Position numbers and translations under genes: made by a program. The notes under the pieces are model-generated. The model was not told the origin of the DNA. It ran no database searches and saw nothing but the letters and a program-made list of their open reading frames with translations. Of a DNA stretch of 44,112 nt, positions 18,858 through 28,686 are shown in pieces (the stretch's first letter is position 1; every line of letters starts with the position of its first letter). The stretch lies in the UHGV virus genome UHGV-0127376, one strand, 5' to 3'. Source of the DNA: a virus.

Positions 18858-19079
18858 ATGAAAGCAATACTGGTCTATCCGGGCCATGAACTCTGGCCCG
18901 TGTGGTGCAATCGGGTATACGCAGAATACAACTACACTGTGGTCATATTCTCTGACAAAGACACTAATCAGGAATCCCCTTTAGAATTTGTGGATACCTA
19001 CACCGAAATGGCTGCCCGCACTGTGCTGGACGCCGTGAATCTTGGCATTATCAACGACTGGAGACAACTTTATGGTTAA
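18858..19079 (+). CDS. Early protein, unknown function
   Basis: ATG at 18858 preferred over 18846 because of SD GAGG 6 nt upstream; 73 aa. Confidence 0.5.
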   Translation: MKAILVYPGHELWPVWCNRVYAEYNYTVVIFSDKDTNQESPLEFVDTYTEMAARTVLDAVNLGIINDWRQLYG

Positions 19080-19335
19080 TGTATTCAACATCATTGTGAC
19101 CAGCGCTATGCTGGTGCTGGGCAACGACATAAACAACCCAATCCCATACTGCACTGTGCAGTTGCAGCAACCGGCAACGCAGGAGCCGCAGCCGCGCCCT
19201 GAGTACGACCTATTTGAAGACCCCGAGGGTGGTTGCAAAGAGCTGGGCGCACGTATCCTTGCGGCGGTGCAGGAGCAGTACCAGGACGCTGCGGTAACGC
19301 TCACGGTGGATGGTAAGAGCAATAACGAAATTTGA
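19072..19335 (+). CDS. Early protein, unknown function
   Basis: ATG 19072 overlapping upstream stop; ORF-track start 19042 is a TTG. Confidence 0.5.
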   Translation: MVNVFNIIVTSAMLVLGNDINNPIPYCTVQLQQPATQEPQPRPEYDLFEDPEGGCKELGARILAAVQEQYQDAAVTLTVDGKSNNEI

Positions 19336-19344
19336 GGTGGGGGC

Positions 19345-19524
19345 ATGCACGGAAAGAATCCTGAAACGCTGCTGATGCGTAAGCAGCAACCAACAATCGA
19401 CGGGCTGGCGCGGGAGTACAACGCGAAGGCAGCGCTGCGCCAGCACTATGAGAAACAAGCAAAGCGCCTGGGTATGACCCTGCGCGGCTACTGCTTCCGG
19501 TTTAATGTGCGGGGTGTAGTATGA
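19345..19524 (+). CDS. Small early protein (59 aa), unknown function
   Basis: ATG with SD GGTGGGGG; stop overlaps next start (ATGA); below ORF-track size cutoff. Confidence 0.45.
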   Translation: MHGKNPETLLMRKQQPTIDGLAREYNAKAALRQHYEKQAKRLGMTLRGYCFRFNVRGVV

Positions 19525-19739
19525 GCAAGCAGGACATTTATGACGTATATAAGCGCCCTAATGGGTTTCTTTACCGGGTACCTCTATTTAGTCCACTGCA
19601 CGCCCTCGCAGAATTCTATGCAGAGGAGACTAGACTGTGGTTGCCGTCCAGTCACACAGTTGGCGGGGTGGTAATGCTAAGTTGTAGCACCCTTGTGGCC
19701 CGCAACGTGGTATTCAAGGATAGCGCATGCTCACAGTAG
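19521..19739 (+). CDS. Early protein, unknown function
   Basis: 72 aa ORF in translationally coupled series. Confidence 0.45.
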   Translation: MSKQDIYDVYKRPNGFLYRVPLFSPLHALAEFYAEETRLWLPSSHTVGGVVMLSCSTLVARNVVFKDSACSQ

Positions 19740-20071
19740 ACGAAACAGCGCTGCTGTGCTGGCGTCTGCTGGAAACGCAGGGCAAGTGCGGTTGCACTTG
19801 GGAAACATTCAAAGAGGTTCCTAATGAACTCAAGCAAATCGTGCCAGTTGAGCGTCGATTACTCCGAGTTAGAAAAGAGGATATTGGCACTGTTCTCACA
19901 ACCTATCGAGAGTACACTGAGTCTGCCGCGCGGAAGCTGCAAGAGCACATTGCATTCGATGTGGTTGCAGCACTACGGCGGAATGGATACCGCGGAGCTT
20001 TTAAGCAATTTAGAGCCGCAGTCCGCGCCTATTATAAGCAGCAACAACTCTCCGCGTGGTACGCACGCTGA
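19727..20071 (+). CDS. Early protein, unknown function
   Basis: 114 aa ORF, start overlaps previous stop. Confidence 0.45.
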   Translation: MLTVDETALLCWRLLETQGKCGCTWETFKEVPNELKQIVPVERRLLRVRKEDIGTVLTTYREYTESAARKLQEHIAFDVVAALRRNGYRGAFKQFRAAVRAYYKQQQLSAWYAR

Positions 20072-20111
20072 ACTCTTAGTGCATGACGAAGTTCTATTAA
20101 CTCGGGAGCAA

Positions 20112-21794
20112 ATGAAAATGCAAGAAACTAACACAGCACCTATCGAATGGAAAGTAGTGTTACCGGAAGGTGCAAACGCACTGCCGATTAAAGAATCAAT
20201 GTATTCCAGCGGTGATTACTGGACCCCGTTCCAGGACTTGCAAATGCAAGGGGAGGACCATCCCCACACTGAGGGTCCGCTGCAGGTGCTTATGGGTCTC
20301 CGCACTGTCAGTGCGCACACTCCAGGCTTAGAGGTGACTATAGGCGGGGCACTGCACCCAGAGTATCGCGAATCAACGATGACGCTCGGCCCGTTGCAAA
20401 AGGTGGACCTGTACCGGTCCGGAACTTTCTGCGAACTCTTTGAACCGGTGCGAATCACCATAGACAGCAAGTTCTGGGAACGCCGCCGCGACTTCTATGA
20501 GGGCGAGGATGTAGTGGTTGAGCGCGTAGTTGCTTGCGTCGAAGAATTCACAGGTTACAAGGTGCACAAGCAGGCCGTGCAGTTATTTGAGCGCATCATG
20601 CTTGCACCAGAAGAGCAGCAGCGCCGCTTATACACTGGCTACGATTACGGCCGCCACACCCGCGATGGCAACTTAGCTGCGCTGCTCATGAAGTTGCACG
20701 GCTTCGTAGTGTCTAGATTCGCCGTGCCTTTGGGCTTTGGTTTCCGCAACGGCGAACCTATCGTGATGCTGGGGCAGCCGCGGATGCACAAGGACTTCGC
20801 AGCAGTTACTGAGTACCGCTGCGTAGAGATGCGCGTAGGTAAGTGGCTCGCTAACTACTACGGCAATGGCGTAGACTTCCGCGATGCTATCGAAGACCTC
20901 AAGGCTATGAACGTAGACCCTACAACGTACCTGTGCAAGACCGAGCAGGAATGGTACGACGCCTACGAGAATGGCCCGGGTAGCTGCATGAGCGGGTACT
21001 CATTTGAGCATAGCTCTGTGCGGACGTACGCTACCACCAGCCACGGGTTGCCGGATAATGGGCTGCGCCTGTTCATCCAGTACACCGGGGAGCTGTTCGG
21101 CGACGATTTCGAAGTGCAGGCACGGGCAATCGTTAACACAGAAACTAACGAGTACGTCCGCGCTTACGGCAACGCTGCGGATGCAATCCTGCGGGGGCAT
21201 GGGTACACCAAAAACATTGAATGTCTCGAAGGGGTAATGCTGGCGCGAATACCGCACCCAACATACAACGGCGCAGTGCTGATGCCATACCTAGATAGCA
21301 GCCAGTGCGGCGTAGATGAGTATGGGGATGATGCCTTTGTAATCCGTGATGCTTATGAGTACGAGGCACAAGACTCAGAAGGATACATCTACGTAGGCAC
21401 TGAGTCTGCTCGGTGCTGCTGCTGTGAATGTCGCTACTCTGTAGATGACATGCAGGAGACCGCAGATGGTGATATGGTCTGCGACGGCTGCGTAGAAGAA
21501 GGGGATTTTGTGTACGTAGTTGGGCGTGATGGTCTGCATAATCGCTGGAGCTGCACCTGGTCTGATTACCACGACGCCTATGTATACGACGAGGACATAG
21601 AGCGCTGCGAAGTAGAGGGTGTAGTGCACGACCAAGAGGAACTGGTGTTTGCACAGGACCGGCAAGTGCTTATTGAGCACGCAGAAGAACACCCAGTGCA
21701 CGGGTTAATTCTCACTGAGCATGCAGCTGATTGCTTGGGAGAGAAGTACCTGGGCAACGATGAAGATGAAGAAGAAGCAGAGGAGGCAGCTTAA
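20112..21794 (+). CDS. Large early protein with Cys cluster and acidic C-terminal tail, unknown function
   Basis: 560 aa from ATG 20112 (SD GGGAG); ORF frame is open back to 19824 but that overlaps the 19727..20071 gene; CCCCECRY...CDGC cluster; C-terminus NDEDEEEAEEAA. Confidence 0.6.
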   Translation: MKMQETNTAPIEWKVVLPEGANALPIKESMYSSGDYWTPFQDLQMQGEDHPHTEGPLQVLMGLRTVSAHTPGLEVTIGGALHPEYRESTMTLGPLQKVDLYRSGTFCELFEPVRITIDSKFWERRRDFYEGEDVVVERVVACVEEFTGYKVHKQAVQLFERIMLAPEEQQRRLYTGYDYGRHTRDGNLAALLMKLHGFVVSRFAVPLGFGFRNGEPIVMLGQPRMHKDFAAVTEYRCVEMRVGKWLANYYGNGVDFRDAIEDLKAMNVDPTTYLCKTEQEWYDAYENGPGSCMSGYSFEHSSVRTYATTSHGLPDNGLRLFIQYTGELFGDDFEVQARAIVNTETNEYVRAYGNAADAILRGHGYTKNIECLEGVMLARIPHPTYNGAVLMPYLDSSQCGVDEYGDDAFVIRDAYEYEAQDSEGYIYVGTESARCCCCECRYSVDDMQETADGDMVCDGCVEEGDFVYVVGRDGLHNRWSCTWSDYHDAYVYDEDIERCEVEGVVHDQEELVFAQDRQVLIEHAEEHPVHGLILTEHAADCLGEKYLGNDEDEEEAEEAA

Positions 21795-22855
21795 TGTTCT
21801 TGAATCCGCACGGGATTGATATGCAGCTGCTCTTGCAGATACTGCAAACGCACCGGCCTAGCTGGGGTAGCACTAAGTGGTTCGAGCCGCTGCTTATGCA
21901 GTCGCTACAGGCGCTGGGTAGTGGTATGCACTACGTAAAGGACAAGCACGGGAACTACTTCGTGCTGGTGGGGGACTCAGAGCAAAGTGACGTAGCGTTT
22001 ACGTCTCATCTCGACACAGTGGCACGACCAACCAGCGCTGCGCCGGACGTCGGCTGCACTAACAAGGGCGTGCTGTTCGTAAAGAATCCGCAACAAGCTG
22101 ACTGCTTGGGCGCCGACTGCGGCGCCGGTATCTACCTGATGCTGGAGATGCTGCGGCGCGGCGTGCACGGACGCTACTGCTTCTTCGTGGATGAAGAGGT
22201 AGGCTGCGAGGGTAGCGCTGCATCGGTCAAGGATGACTCTGGATTTTGGACTGGGGTCAAGGCGATGATTAGCTTCGACCGCCGCGGCGACGGTATCATT
22301 ACGCATCAAAGGTATATGCGCTGCTGCTCTGACACCTTTGCCAAGACCCTAGCAGAGCGCCTGGGACGCACGGAGCAGCACTTGCAGAAGGGTGTTTATA
22401 CTGACTCGGCTGAGTTCGTTGGCATCATTCCTGAGTGCACCAACGTCGGTGTAGGGTACATGCACGAGCACACCCCGGATGAGGTGCTGGACCTGAACAT
22501 ACTGGGCCAGGTGCTTGAGCGGGTACTACAAGACGGCACGTTCTCGCACCTCCCTATTGAGCGGGACCCGGCAGTAGCAGAGCCAGACCTATGCCAGTGG
22601 CTCGCTGCATCGACGCTCAGTTTACGGCAGCCGTGGGATATGCCGCCGGACGAGGACCCGCAGTTACTGGCCGCGTTCCGGGAAGTATCGCAGCTTTCTA
22701 AACAACAACTGGTTAGCTGGGTACAGGAGAATCCAGAGAAGGCGGCGGAGTACATAATGGTGTTCTCCGATTACGGCTTTAAAGAAGAACTGATTGAACT
22801 AGGCACCCGAGTCGTAGAAGACTGGGGCGGATACGATAATATTGTGGAGGGTTGA
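21794..22855 (+). CDS. Putative Zn-metallopeptidase / amidohydrolase-like protein (M20/M28-type motif order)
   Basis: Ordered motifs SHLDTV, GADCGAG, DEEVGCEGS, SFDRRGDG, HEHTPDE resemble H-x-D ... D ... EE ... D ... H metal ligands of the M20/M28 fold; unverified. Confidence 0.4.
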   Translation: MFLNPHGIDMQLLLQILQTHRPSWGSTKWFEPLLMQSLQALGSGMHYVKDKHGNYFVLVGDSEQSDVAFTSHLDTVARPTSAAPDVGCTNKGVLFVKNPQQADCLGADCGAGIYLMLEMLRRGVHGRYCFFVDEEVGCEGSAASVKDDSGFWTGVKAMISFDRRGDGIITHQRYMRCCSDTFAKTLAERLGRTEQHLQKGVYTDSAEFVGIIPECTNVGVGYMHEHTPDEVLDLNILGQVLERVLQDGTFSHLPIERDPAVAEPDLCQWLAASTLSLRQPWDMPPDEDPQLLAAFREVSQLSKQQLVSWVQENPEKAAEYIMVFSDYGFKEELIELGTRVVEDWGGYDNIVEG

Positions 22856-22857
22856 TT

Positions 22858-23304
22858 ATGTCTAAACTTTTTAAAGTAGGTGATAAGGTTCAGCGCATCA
22901 ATAAGATTGAAGGTAAGACCGTGCGCGGCGAGATAGTCACTAAGGGGCCTGGCCTCTATATAGACATCAAGCTAACCGAAGGCGCAGGGATTCATTATGC
23001 CGGGGATATCTATGGCGGCTCTGCCGACTTCTGGCAGCTAATCGAGGAGGCGGACGAGCTGCCACCGGTTCCGTCTAGTGTAGCATATTTAAACACTAAA
23101 CGAGACCCAGGAAACGACCAGCGGCTGGTATTAGAAAAGGACAGCGAGACTAACGAAGGACTACTATACATCGGAATAGTGCCTAGAAAAGGCAGCACCC
23201 GGGCAGAGCGAGAGATTGGTATTAATATGAGCCCCGATTCAGCCCTGCAGTTGGCACATGACATTCGTCGAATGGCTATGAAAGTTAAGCGAGAGATTCA
23301 GTAA
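22858..23304 (+). CDS. Early/middle protein, unknown function
   Basis: ATG 22858 with SD GGAGG; ORF-track start 22852 is TTG. Confidence 0.55.
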   Translation: MSKLFKVGDKVQRINKIEGKTVRGEIVTKGPGLYIDIKLTEGAGIHYAGDIYGGSADFWQLIEEADELPPVPSSVAYLNTKRDPGNDQRLVLEKDSETNEGLLYIGIVPRKGSTRAEREIGINMSPDSALQLAHDIRRMAMKVKREIQ

Positions 23305-24095
23305 TGGACCAGCCCTGGCTTAGAGCGTGCAAGCGCCTGGCCGTTGGGCAGAGGGCGCGCTTTCGGTGCTGCGGCAGGGACGCCGCCGGGGTGCTCTACA
23401 ATAACCCGGATGCCTGGGAATATTATTGCCACCGCTGCAAACAGGTGGGCAAGGAGCACAAGCAGTACCAGCGCATACAGTTACAGGAAGAGCCGAGGGT
23501 GCAGCCCTCTGCACCTGCAGATGCAATTTGCATTAGCCAAGCGCCTGCGGAAACGCAGAGTTTTCTTTACGGATTCCTGACCACAAAGGGAATCATGCCT
23601 GAAATGGTGGAGGATGCAGAATGGAGCAAAGAGAAACAGCGGATAATATTCCGTGTCGGAAGCGCTGCTCTGGGCCGTGCAGTGCATGCCCGACAGCAAC
23701 CGAAGTGGGTAATGTACGGCCAGCCAATGCCGTTCGCTGCCGCGGCACCTGCCGTAGCGCCGGATGTAGCTGCGGCCGCACCTCTAAAGGTCGTGCTCAC
23801 CGAGGACTATCTATCAGCGATCAAATATCAGCACGCGATTACGAACTACTCTGCAATGAACGTGCAGGCTATAGCTATGCTGGGTACTCGCTTGCCCGTG
23901 CAGTTAAGGGCGTGGCTGATACAGAACAAACCGACAGTGATACTGTCCCTGGATAATGACCAAGCGGGACACTCCGGCGCGGCCATGATACGGCGCGCGC
24001 TACGTCCCTTTATGTCGTGCCACGAAATCTACTACGACGGGGACCCAAAAGAGGCAACAATACAGGAGTTATTAGATGGTATTAGGCGCGTGTAA
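23304..24095 (+). CDS. DNA primase (zinc-binding + TOPRIM)
   Basis: N-terminal Cys motifs (RFRCCGRD ... YCHRCKQ) and TOPRIM-like VLTEDYLSA / ILSLDNDQAGHSGA. Confidence 0.8.
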   Translation: MDQPWLRACKRLAVGQRARFRCCGRDAAGVLYNNPDAWEYYCHRCKQVGKEHKQYQRIQLQEEPRVQPSAPADAICISQAPAETQSFLYGFLTTKGIMPEMVEDAEWSKEKQRIIFRVGSAALGRAVHARQQPKWVMYGQPMPFAAAAPAVAPDVAAAAPLKVVLTEDYLSAIKYQHAITNYSAMNVQAIAMLGTRLPVQLRAWLIQNKPTVILSLDNDQAGHSGAAMIRRALRPFMSCHEIYYDGDPKEATIQELLDGIRRV

Positions 24096-24522
24096 AGAGC
24101 ACAAACAGAAAGGCGGACCAAAGGGTTACGGAAATACCACGTTCAAAGGGCGGAAGATACCCCTGCATAGAAAGGTGTATTGCTCGGCGAACGATATATC
24201 TCCGGAGAGCATAGTGGGGCTAGTTGTGCGCCATAAGTGTGACAACCCGAGATGTATTAATCCCGAGCATTTAGAATTAGGTACGGTCAAGGATAACGTC
24301 CATGACTGTATTGCCAGGGGTAGGGCTAAACGCGGGGTTTCTAAAGGAGAGCATAATGGGTACTCCAAGCTAACGGAGCAACAGGTGGGCTATATCAGGG
24401 AGAACTACAGACGGTACAGCAGGGAGCACGGTATACCGGCTATAGCTGCCAGCCTTGGCGTGAGTGTGTCAGCAGTGCACGGTGTGTTGAAAGCTAAAAC
24501 TTGGAGGTTTAATTGGACCTAA
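24076..24522 (+). CDS. HNH homing endonuclease (paralog family A)
   Basis: Motif VVRHKCDNPRCINPEHLELGT; inserted between primase and helicase. Confidence 0.8.
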   Translation: MVLGACKEHKQKGGPKGYGNTTFKGRKIPLHRKVYCSANDISPESIVGLVVRHKCDNPRCINPEHLELGTVKDNVHDCIARGRAKRGVSKGEHNGYSKLTEQQVGYIRENYRRYSREHGIPAIAASLGVSVSAVHGVLKAKTWRFNWT

Positions 24523-25793
24523 TAGTAGTTAAAGCGATGTGCACGCAGAAGGTGTGGAACCGACTGCGTGAACAGATACCCAAGAGCATGCTAGCGCCGG
24601 ACACAGCGAACCTACTAGACTGGGTGGGGTTGTACTGGAACACGTACCCGGAGCACCAGGAGGTTCAGTGGGATGCAATGCAGAGCATGCTCAATCTCCG
24701 GGCGGGACACCTATCCCGGGAAGAGCGGGTAATCATGGACGAGCTTATGCGGGGAGTACAAGCCGTACCGCAGGATTCTGTGGTGGGGATTGTCCAGACC
24801 CTGAATGAGCTGGCCTACAGCGGAGAGGTGGCGGCGCTGACGCAGCGCTACCAAGACGGCGAGGAGATTGATTACCTACTGGAGATGAAGCACCTACAGC
24901 GCAAATACGGCGATGGTGCTGCGGTGCATGAGTCACTGCTTGAATGGGAGAGCGGTAGTGTTGACGAGATACTTGCCGCGACTGATGAGGGCGGCGGTCT
25001 TAAACTGGGCGTGTTCGAGCAACTCGCTAGCAACATCCGAGGTCTACGTGGCGGGGACTGCATCGCAGTGGCCGCCCCTGTGGACTCTGGTAAAACTAGC
25101 CTGCTTGCTGCTATTGCTGTGGACTTTGCTGAGCAGATGCAGCAGCAGCCGGAAGTATACGGGGACCGCCCGATTCTCTGGCTGGTTAACGAGGGCCCGG
25201 CGACGCGTACAGTGCCGAGGGTATATCAAGCGGCGCTGCACTGGACTCTGGCTGAGATTAAGGACCGGCACAGTAAGCAAGAGTTCGTGCCAGCCTACCT
25301 CAAGAAAGTAGGCAGGGCTGACCGGATTCGTGTTAAGGCTGCGCACTCCTTAACGATGGCGCAGATATCCACGCTCATGGAGGAGATGCGCCCTGCGGTA
25401 ATCATCATCGACATGGTGGCGAACATCCGTGGCGGCACTATGGAGACCGAGCACCAGAACCTCGAGGCGAAATGGCAGGAGCTGCGCATACTTGGGTGCG
25501 AGAACGACTGCGCTATTGTAGGCACTATGCAGCTTTCACTCGAAGGTTACAACATGCTGTTCCCGCCACTCACCGCTATGAAGCAAAGCAAGATTGGTGT
25601 ACAGGGTGCCTTGGACTTGGCGATTATGATGGGATGCTTGGACAGGAACGAGCAACCGCACATGCAAAACGTCCGTGGTATCAGTACTCCGAAGAACAAG
25701 ATGGCACTGTCTGGTAAAGAATCGCTCCTGCAATTCGAGGTGGGATTCGAGCCGGGGCGTTGCCGCTTTGACGAAGGCCAGATTAACCGGTGA
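24513..25793 (+). CDS. Replicative DNA helicase (DnaB-like)
   Basis: Walker A VDSGKTSLL and Walker B VIIIDMV; probable TTG start with SD GGAGG (alternative ATG 24537). Confidence 0.8.
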   Translation: MDLIVVKAMCTQKVWNRLREQIPKSMLAPDTANLLDWVGLYWNTYPEHQEVQWDAMQSMLNLRAGHLSREERVIMDELMRGVQAVPQDSVVGIVQTLNELAYSGEVAALTQRYQDGEEIDYLLEMKHLQRKYGDGAAVHESLLEWESGSVDEILAATDEGGGLKLGVFEQLASNIRGLRGGDCIAVAAPVDSGKTSLLAAIAVDFAEQMQQQPEVYGDRPILWLVNEGPATRTVPRVYQAALHWTLAEIKDRHSKQEFVPAYLKKVGRADRIRVKAAHSLTMAQISTLMEEMRPAVIIIDMVANIRGGTMETEHQNLEAKWQELRILGCENDCAIVGTMQLSLEGYNMLFPPLTAMKQSKIGVQGALDLAIMMGCLDRNEQPHMQNVRGISTPKNKMALSGKESLLQFEVGFEPGRCRFDEGQINR

Positions 25794-25798
25794 CTTCC

Positions 25799-25829
25799 CT
25801 AGCGCCTTCTATGAGGGCGCTATGTAGGT
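25799..25829 (+). promoter_or_regulatory. Hairpin element related to the 18086/18802 elements (TAGCGCC - loop - GGCGCTA TGTAGG)
   Basis: Shares 3' half GGGCGCTATGT with the early-region elements; about 20 nt upstream of ATG 25850. Confidence 0.25.
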
Positions 25830-25849
25830 ACATGGTATGGGAGGGTTAA

Positions 25850-26290
25850 ATGGAAATGAGTGAGTGTATCGACCACGGACGTTCGCGCAGCCTATCCCCA
25901 GAAGGCTACGCCTTGGTAGCTAAACCGGGGGTTAACAGTCGCTGCGTACGCCTGCACAGGCTGGTGCTGGCGGAGAAGTTAGGGGTGCCACTTAAAGCTC
26001 TAGATGGAGTGGTTGTCAGACACACCTGCGACAACCCGCGGTGCATTAACCCAGAGCACCTAATACCCGGAACCCCTGCAGATAACAACAAGGACCGAGC
26101 AGTGCGCGGTCGTAGTGCTAAGCGGGTGCCTAGCCGCCAACGCCTAACCCTTAAAGACTGCGAAGATATCTGCGCAAAGCATATACCTAGGGTTTATGGC
26201 GTCACCCACCTGGCCCGCGAGTACGGCGTAGACGCTAACGTCATATACAAAGTACTAAGAGGAGAGTACCCTTGTCAACAACCAGTATAA
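25850..26290 (+). CDS. HNH homing endonuclease (paralog family A)
   Basis: Motif VVRHTCDNPRCINPEHLIPGT; between helicase and DNA polymerase. Confidence 0.8.
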   Translation: MEMSECIDHGRSRSLSPEGYALVAKPGVNSRCVRLHRLVLAEKLGVPLKALDGVVVRHTCDNPRCINPEHLIPGTPADNNKDRAVRGRSAKRVPSRQRLTLKDCEDICAKHIPRVYGVTHLAREYGVDANVIYKVLRGEYPCQQPV

Positions 26291-28686
26291 TGCACATAGA
26301 TTTAGAGGTTCAAAACCATGAATATTACGGCTCTAAAGCAAGCCCATACTGCCCTGACAACTATGTTGTTGAGTCAGCATGGCGTATCGACACGACACAG
26401 GCTGACGGTACTACCACTGTTGGCGCGACTCAATCGGTGCGCTTCAATTCAAGAGCTGATTTCTTGGCGGGAAACAGTGCAGCAGAAGGCTGCCGGTGGT
26501 TTCATATCCCCGAGGATTGCTGGCTTATTGTTGCGCACAACGCAGCCTATGAGATTTCTTGGTTTCTCACGTACCAGCGACAGCAGTTTGAAGCCTTCCT
26601 CAAGCGCGGCGGCAGGGTGTTCTGCACAATGCACGGTGAATACATCGCCTCGGACTTTCAGAGCATGTATCCGTCATTGGACGAGACGGCTCCTAAGTAC
26701 GGCGGTACGCACAAAGTAGACGGGGTTAAGCTTCTGTGGGAGCAGGGTGTGCTAACCTCCCAGATTGACCCGATGCTGCTACATGACTACCTGGTTAACG
26801 GGGACATCCCGAACACGGCCCTGTGCTTCTACGGCCAGTGCGCTACGTTCGCCCAGCGCAATCAGATGCAGTACGTGTGGGAGCGTATGGATGCCTTGCT
26901 GGCTTGGGCGTACTGCGAATGGTTCGGCCTGTTCGTGAATATGCCAATTGCACGCAAGAACCAGGAGGAGCAGGAGCAGCGCATCCGTGAGATTAAGCAG
27001 GAACTGCAGCAGTACATCCCGAAGGACTTGCCGGAGACGCTGGACTTCAATTTCGGGTCGGACTTTCATATGTCTGCACTGGTGTACGGCGGGCCTATAA
27101 AGTACCGCAAGAAGGTCCCCTATGACCCTCCGCAGTACGTCAAGGCCGACTACTATAAGTACGAGGACGAAGATGGTGCGCACACCTATATACCTGTACA
27201 CGACACGCACATGCAAGAACTTCAAACGGAAGGCGGATGGTGGCGTGTAGTGACATATCGTGCGGGTAAGAACAAGGGGCTCCCTAAAGTATTCCGCCTC
27301 GATACCGAGGAAGAGAAACTTAAATGGGAAGACGACCTTTACTTCTGCCCGGGCCTAGTGAACATCCAGGAGCTTCCGGAAGTTATCCGGGAGAAGTACG
27401 CAGAGCGCGGGGAGTTCCGACAGGCGCGCACCCTGCAGGATGGCACCCCTGTGTATAGCACCAGCACTGATGCAATGGAGGCGCTGGCTCGCCAAGGGTT
27501 CGAGTTCTGTAAGTTGGTGAACGAACTGGCGGCGCTGGAGAAGGATACCGGCACTTACTATTTGCGAGAAGTACTGGACGCAGAAGGTAATGTAAAAGAG
27601 CGGAAGGGGATGCTGCAGTATGTAATCCCGGAGCGTCCCGATGGTTCCGGCATCATTCACCACCGGCTGAATACTTGCGCCACCGTAACCGGGCGCTTGA
27701 GTAGCTCTAACCCGAACCTGCAGAACCTACCCCGCCCGGATGAGGATGGCGACGGTGTGGCTAAATCCAAGGTGAAGCAGGTGTTCACCAGTAGATTCGG
27801 GGACAACGGACGTATCACTGAGGTTGACTACTCGGCACTGGAAGTGGTTATGTCCTGTGTACACACGGGTGACAAGAAACTGCTGGGACTGCTGCAGAGT
27901 GGTACGGATATGCACTGTTACCGCCTAGCTTTCCGCGAGGGATTACCGTATGAAGAAGTATATGAGCGCTGCCACAACAAGAAGCACGAGCTGCATCCGC
28001 TTTGGAAGGCAATGCGTACAGGTATTAAGGCTCCTAGCTTTGCAGCCCAGTATGGCGCTACGGCTAAGGGGATTGCGTTTGCTACTGGATGTACGGTGGA
28101 ATTTGCACAGGCTTTCTTGGACAACGAGGCTGCGCTGTTCCCGCAAACAATTGGCTTCCGCGCTGTTGTCAAGGAAGAGGTAGAACGTACCGGTGCGGAG
28201 GGGCGCATGTACCGGGAGCAGGCTGACGACGGCAGCTACCGAATCTACCGCATTGGGACGTGGACCAGCCCAGCCGGTGCCCGCTACAGTTTCCGTCAGA
28301 AAGAGCAGTGGAAAGAGGTTGTGCCTGGGCAGCGTAAGCAGAAGGTAATGGACTACAAGGAAACAGAGATGGCTAACTACTGGTGCCAGGGGGAAGCATT
28401 CTTCCTGATGGCGGTAGCCGCCGGTATGGTTCTGCGTGCACTCCTGGCCCGTGACTGGTTCGACAATCAGGTGTGCCTGATTACGAACGTGCACGATGCG
28501 TTGTATCTGGACAGCGCCAACCCGGAGGTTGGACGTGAGGCGAGCCTGCTGGTTAAGCAGTGCATGGAGGATGCACCTAAGCGTATTCACCAGCTCTGGC
28601 CTAACTACGGCATCATTGGTGAGGTCCCGTTCCCAGCAGAGGCTGAGATGGGTACGAGTATGTACAGTAAGGAGAAGGTAGAATGA
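26272..28686 (+). CDS. DNA polymerase (family A, T7 gp5-like)
   Basis: Exo motif HIDLE near N-terminus; polymerase motifs TGRLSSSNPNLQNLP and NVHDALYLD; start may be ATG 26290 rather than TTG 26272. Confidence 0.9.
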   Translation: MSTTSIMHIDLEVQNHEYYGSKASPYCPDNYVVESAWRIDTTQADGTTTVGATQSVRFNSRADFLAGNSAAEGCRWFHIPEDCWLIVAHNAAYEISWFLTYQRQQFEAFLKRGGRVFCTMHGEYIASDFQSMYPSLDETAPKYGGTHKVDGVKLLWEQGVLTSQIDPMLLHDYLVNGDIPNTALCFYGQCATFAQRNQMQYVWERMDALLAWAYCEWFGLFVNMPIARKNQEEQEQRIREIKQELQQYIPKDLPETLDFNFGSDFHMSALVYGGPIKYRKKVPYDPPQYVKADYYKYEDEDGAHTYIPVHDTHMQELQTEGGWWRVVTYRAGKNKGLPKVFRLDTEEEKLKWEDDLYFCPGLVNIQELPEVIREKYAERGEFRQARTLQDGTPVYSTSTDAMEALARQGFEFCKLVNELAALEKDTGTYYLREVLDAEGNVKERKGMLQYVIPERPDGSGIIHHRLNTCATVTGRLSSSNPNLQNLPRPDEDGDGVAKSKVKQVFTSRFGDNGRITEVDYSALEVVMSCVHTGDKKLLGLLQSGTDMHCYRLAFREGLPYEEVYERCHNKKHELHPLWKAMRTGIKAPSFAAQYGATAKGIAFATGCTVEFAQAFLDNEAALFPQTIGFRAVVKEEVERTGAEGRMYREQADDGSYRIYRIGTWTSPAGARYSFRQKEQWKEVVPGQRKQKVMDYKETEMANYWCQGEAFFLMAVAAGMVLRALLARDWFDNQVCLITNVHDALYLDSANPEVGREASLLVKQCMEDAPKRIHQLWPNYGIIGEVPFPAEAEMGTSMYSKEKVE

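Noticed and set aside
19824-20111. Upstream extension of the large early ORF
   Set aside because: Overlaps gene 19727..20071 in another frame; ATG 20112 has an SD and avoids the overlap. Not fully excluded.
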